Shown piece after piece: positions 60,417-64,000 of a stretch of 64,000 nucleotides of DNA; the stretch's first letter is position 1, and each line of letters opens with the position of its first letter. The stretch comes from Paramoeba atlantica (Eukaryota; Protista; Discosea). The notes under the pieces are model-generated. The model searched no databases, was not told the DNA's origin, and saw only the letters and a program-made list of their open reading frames with translations. Location of the stretch: positions 1 to 64,000 of the forward strand of contig CDRNVI010000093.1 in the NCBI GenBank assembly GCA_977017575.1, in the 5' to 3' direction. Both the position numbers and the translations under genes were made by a program.

Positions 60417-61937
60417 TTAAAGTGTGAAAATGTCGTCACTGTAGTTTCTGTGTAGAGAATCAGTCGACTGTGGAGTCTCATCATTAGGAAGCGGTGAATA
60501 CAAACCTCTCGGGTGAGGCCGAAAATTGCGTCCCACGTAGGCATAAAATAAGAAGTTACAAACCTCGTTCACGACTGAGGCCATCCAAAGGTTCTGGTAA
60601 GCCAAAATGTTCTCCAGAAAACTGACCCCAATGCGTGTGGTATAAATGTAACCTACGATAAGAAGATAATGGGTACGAAACTGACGTAGACGATGGAGAT
60701 TCAAACGTGATTTCTCCTCGTCATCCGTTTCGACAAGTGTGTTAATCGACCAGACTGTAGGAAGAAGCACAGCGCAGCAACATACTACATCCAACAAAGG
60801 GAGAATATCCCACCAGAAGCCCCAGGCCACGCTTCCTTCACTCGTTTCTTGTATGACAATTGCTGCTATATTGATCAGAAGCTGCAAAGGAAGAACAAAC
60901 ATTAGGACGTTTTTATCTCGATCGTTGAGGCATGGCTTCAGAAAACTCCACCCGGTACCGAGCAGCATGATAACTGTAAACATTACGAGACCCTTCAAAG
61001 TAAGAAAGACATAGTAAAAAACGGTCCAGGCATTGATTAAGTCTGATGCAGCCCGGGTGGCGTAACGCATTGAGGTGAAGAAAGCACTGAGCGTCTTTAA
61101 GACTATCAGCGCCGTCATAAAACGATGAATTTTGTGTACCCATTGTTTGTGGAGTGAACAGTCTCGGATCCACAGAACGGTAAGGAGAAGGAACAGCGCC
61201 GTAGCCACGTAGTAAACTCGTACGAGAGGCTCGTATCCTATGCCTAGATAGTTACGGCGATCCGTTTTTGGTTCTGTATTGTACATTGAATATCGAAGCA
61301 CGAAGTTCGCTCTAGCTCCATCATTCCAATCAGCGCTCGAGTCAGTGCCTTCCTTGTTCGGTTGTTTACAATTGTAAAAAAAAAGAGCGTATAGGTTCGG
61401 TTCTGAGATGAAAAATCGAACTTTGTAAGTTGTGGCGTCAACAGAGAACTCTGCGGCCCCTATCGGAGCCAAGTGAGAAAAGGACTTACCTAAAAGCAAG
61501 TCAACAGACAGCGCCACATGAGGGGCTCGATGCTGTAACCAGTCTTCTAGGGGCATGGTACGGCGTCGGTTCGGCTGGTCCACGTGTGGTACCACCAGCG
61601 GGTCGTCAATGAAGCACTTCCCGCGTATCGGTTCTTCGAAAGTGCCGTAGTTGCGTTCCATACGAGCATATGACGCACTCGGCACGGCGTCTAAAGTAAA
61701 TCCCACGGGCTCTCTCGTTTCATGAAGGTGTGCATCTTTGAGAGAGAAGCCCTCGATTTCAAGCTCGAAAACACCTGAATTAGAATATCCAAAGGTACCA
61801 AAATCAATCACTCGCCTTGGGTCATCCGTGATGCGAATCTCTGTGGAAGCGGCCACAGTAGAAAGCCAAGACAAGTAGAAGTTGTTGTGTAGCAGCGCAC
61901 AGCAAAGAATGAGTATTCTTCCAAGTGGAAATAGCAT
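60417..61937 (-). CDS. GPR107/GPR108 (lung seven-TM receptor / GOST family) protein
   Basis: Signal peptide, lumenal domain (YALFFYNC), VHKIHRFMTALIVLK, LLGTGWSFLKPCL, DVVCCCAVLLP..WSI and LRQFRTHY. Confidence 0.9.
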   Translation of the reverse strand: MLFPLGRILILCCALLHNNFYLSWLSTVAASTEIRITDDPRRVIDFGTFGYSNSGVFELEIEGFSLKDAHLHETREPVGFTLDAVPSASYARMERNYGTFEEPIRGKCFIDDPLVVPHVDQPNRRRTMPLEDWLQHRAPHVALSVDLLLGKSFSHLAPIGAAEFSVDATTYKVRFFISEPNLYALFFYNCKQPNKEGTDSSADWNDGARANFVLRYSMYNTEPKTDRRNYLGIGYEPLVRVYYVATALFLLLTVLWIRDCSLHKQWVHKIHRFMTALIVLKTLSAFFTSMRYATRAASDLINAWTVFYYVFLTLKGLVMFTVIMLLGTGWSFLKPCLNDRDKNVLMFVLPLQLLINIAAIVIQETSEGSVAWGFWWDILPLLDVVCCCAVLLPTVWSINTLVETDDEEKSRLNLHRLRQFRTHYLLIVGYIYTTRIGVSFLENILAYQNLWMASVVNEVCNFLFYAYVGRNFRPHPRGLYSPLPNDETPQSTDSLHRNYSDDIFTL

Positions 61938-62040
61938 AAATCAAAATGAATCTCTTGGGGAAATGCCTATAAAGATATTTTAAGAAAAAGATTATAAAAT
62001 GCTGAGTCACAACATATGGTGTATAAAGAGGAGAGTAGTA

Positions 62041-62373
62041 CTCCTCTTCTCATTAATTTCTATAAATACCATTCCTAATTTTTCAGAAAAAAAATCTTAG
62101 TTTTTCAAAAAAATATGCTTTTGAAAAAAAAAACAGGAAAAGCTAGGATAGAGGGGAGAACACCGCAGAAAAATTTGACCCTCACTTCCGACAAGGGCCT
62201 TGGATCTCACGTTCCGCGATAGCTTATCGCAGAAAAATAGTGTTTTTCCATCAGGCAGGATCATTAATCAGGACTTTTTGCCTAACCATTCTCATTAATT
62301 TCTATAAATAAAAAAACAAATATAAATTTTCTGTTTTGTTATAATTAATATTTATAGAAATTAAAGAGAGGAG
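62041..62373. mobile_element. 333-bp TA-flanked MITE (Tc1/mariner type)
   Basis: CTCCTCTTCTCATTAATTTCTATAAATA...TATTTATAGAAATTAAAGAGAGGAG, with TA at 62039-62040 and 62374-62375. An internal copy of the subterminal motif lies near 62289. Confidence 0.7.
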
Positions 62374-62444
62374 TATTCCTATAGTACAAAAAATACTGTG
62401 TTATGCAACCCATTTGTATAAAAAACTACTCAGTCATGTCCTCC

Positions 62445-63320
62445 TTATTCAAAGGAGGTCGCGTACCCTACAGGATTTATTACCGCTGTTTCGCGTAGGG
62501 AATACAGCGTTCTTGCCCTCCGATTCTTCTCCTCTGCGTCATAACACTGAGGAAACACCCGCGAGACATTGATACATTGATTACAACGGGCGCCCGTAAA
62601 AGGCTTAGCACAAAATTCGCAGTGGTCCCCGGTCCACCCATTCTTGCACTCATACACACAATGTCCCTCCTCCATGCTGTAGAACCCATGGCGGGCAGTG
62701 GGGCCCACATCCCCTTGTGGGAGAGCACATGTAAATCGTTCCGCATGTCGCACAATCTTGCCTTCACGGGAGGTCAAATGGTTCACGAAGGAGAGGTTGC
62801 GGCAGTAGGGGAACTCCTGGAGGCGTTCCGTGCACTGATTACATCGAGGACCTGCAAACGGGGCAGGGCACCGCTCACAGCACTCTCCTTCCCACATAAA
62901 CGTACAGCGCCGGCACAGGCATCGTTGGGAGGTGGCATTCCAATAGACCTCCTCTGCACGATCCCCGCAGGTCACGGCGTGGTTACACGGGGGATGGTGG
63001 TCGGTGCCTTGTGCTGCTCTGGAGTGAGCCTCGTACAGATACTTCCCGTCCCCGCAGTAGGGGAACACTCCGCGGACGCCATCAGAGGATGACGTGGTGA
63101 GCTCAGGATTCAAGAGTAAGGCGTGAGGGTACGACCCGTCGCGGTCGTCAATCACACACATGTCACACTGAGGACCGCCAAAGGGGAAAGGGCATAGGTC
63201 GCAGTTGTCTCCAAGGAGCATATTTCGTCCGCAGACTCTGCCCACGTTAACGTTGTTCGGAGTTGTGATGTACGCGGTGACGGAGGGGAGTAGGAGAAGG
63301 AGCGGCACAGCGTGTATCAT
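62445..63320 (-). CDS. Secreted/surface Cys-rich protein with laminin/EGF-like repeats
   Basis: Signal peptide MIHAVPLLLLLPSVTA and three C..C..PF.G..C..C modules. Confidence 0.8.
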   Translation of the reverse strand: MIHAVPLLLLLPSVTAYITTPNNVNVGRVCGRNMLLGDNCDLCPFPFGGPQCDMCVIDDRDGSYPHALLLNPELTTSSSDGVRGVFPYCGDGKYLYEAHSRAAQGTDHHPPCNHAVTCGDRAEEVYWNATSQRCLCRRCTFMWEGECCERCPAPFAGPRCNQCTERLQEFPYCRNLSFVNHLTSREGKIVRHAERFTCALPQGDVGPTARHGFYSMEEGHCVYECKNGWTGDHCEFCAKPFTGARCNQCINVSRVFPQCYDAEEKNRRARTLYSLRETAVINPVGYATSFE

Positions 63321-63594
63321 GGCAGGGGTAAATTGTGAAAATAATACTGTGAAAATTGATAGTAAAAAGGGTAGGAGGATTTAAAGATACAGTCGTAGTA
63401 CAAGACTCCAGATTCGGTGCACGTCTTTCCTCTTACATTTTTTCACTAACGGCTACTAGTACGTTCCTAGAACTGAATTCGAGTCTCAAAAACTGTTTTT
63501 TAACCTAATCGCACTACTTTGTAGTCTAGTGAAGTAATCTATCATACAGAGACTCCATTCGGGGCTTTTTCCCTTCCGCCCTTGGTTAAGCTTT

Positions 63595-64000
63595 CTACTC
63601 CGTGACATTCGCACCATACCCTACTGGGTGCAACACCGCCGTTCCTCGAAACAAATGCAGCCGCTTCGCACGAAAATTTTCCTCATTCGTGGCGTAACAC
63701 ATCGGAAACGAGCGGTCACCCTCTATACACTCATCACAATTCCTCCCCGTAAACGGTTTCGGACAGTACTCACACCGGTTCCCCGTCCACCCCTGCGTAC
63801 ACTCCGCCGTACACTGCCCCAGCTCCCAATTATAAAACACCCGTCTCGGCTCCCCATTCGCCTCCCACGCCGTCGCGCCACAATCCAGCCTCCCCCACCT
63901 CGAATCCCACACCCGTTTCACCGTCCCCCACACCCCCGTCTCCCTACACCCCGGGTACACCTGACTCGGGTCCATACACTCGTTACACCTCTCCCCTTTA
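63595..64000 (-). CDS. Tandem paralogue of the Cys-rich protein; 5' part lies beyond the window
   Basis: The frame is open to the window edge (KGERCNECMDP...). It contains CTQGWTGNRCEYCPKPFTGRNCDEC and the C-terminal TAVLHPVGY shared with 62445-63320. Confidence 0.8.
   Translation of the reverse strand, partial: KGERCNECMDPSQVYPGCRETGVWGTVKRVWDSRWGRLDCGATAWEANGEPRRVFYNWELGQCTAECTQGWTGNRCEYCPKPFTGRNCDECIEGDRSFPMCYATNEENFRAKRLHLFRGTAVLHPVGYGANVTE

Noticed and set aside
1-64000. tRNA or rRNA genes
   Set aside because: The GTTCGA-like hits (about 31551 and 59230) lack cloverleaf context, and no rRNA signature was recognised by eye. tRNAscan-SE would be decisive.

Overview
Eukaryotic, intron-less DNA with kinetoplastid-type organisation. 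About 25 host ORFs from 10.0 to 64 kb all lie head-to-tail on the minus strand, and several have pyrimidine-tract/AG trans-splice-like sites upstream. One of them is the N-terminal half of a split SDH2, a euglenozoan trait. An early-branching kinetoplastid (Perkinsela-like) is my inference, not a demonstrated identity. Recognisable genes are RNASEH2B, IMP4, a TFIIE-alpha homologue, PLAA/DOA1, SLX1, succinyl-CoA ligase beta, a SpoU methyltransferase, RPL26, PheRS beta, DUS1, SDH2N, DCC1, a WDR55-like protein, GPR107/108, a 3135-aa PPR-like protein and two tandem Cys-rich surface-protein paralogues. The first ~10 kb is a nest of mobile elements. Removing four insertions, each bounded by a target-site duplication, rejoins interrupted reading frames and reveals a collinear plus-strand array: pogo DDD transposase - Ulp1-like protease - RT - CCHC knuckle. 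The inserts include a Tc1 fold-back with 645-bp arms, an intact DD32E Tc1-like element and a LINE 3' tail. Further Tc1, CRE-like, Merlin-like MITE and TA-MITE copies sit between genes. GC-rich islands whose C/G skew inverts occur at about 21.5 and 41.2 kb, with a probable third at about 64 kb. No tRNA, rRNA, SL RNA or CRISPR array was recognised.
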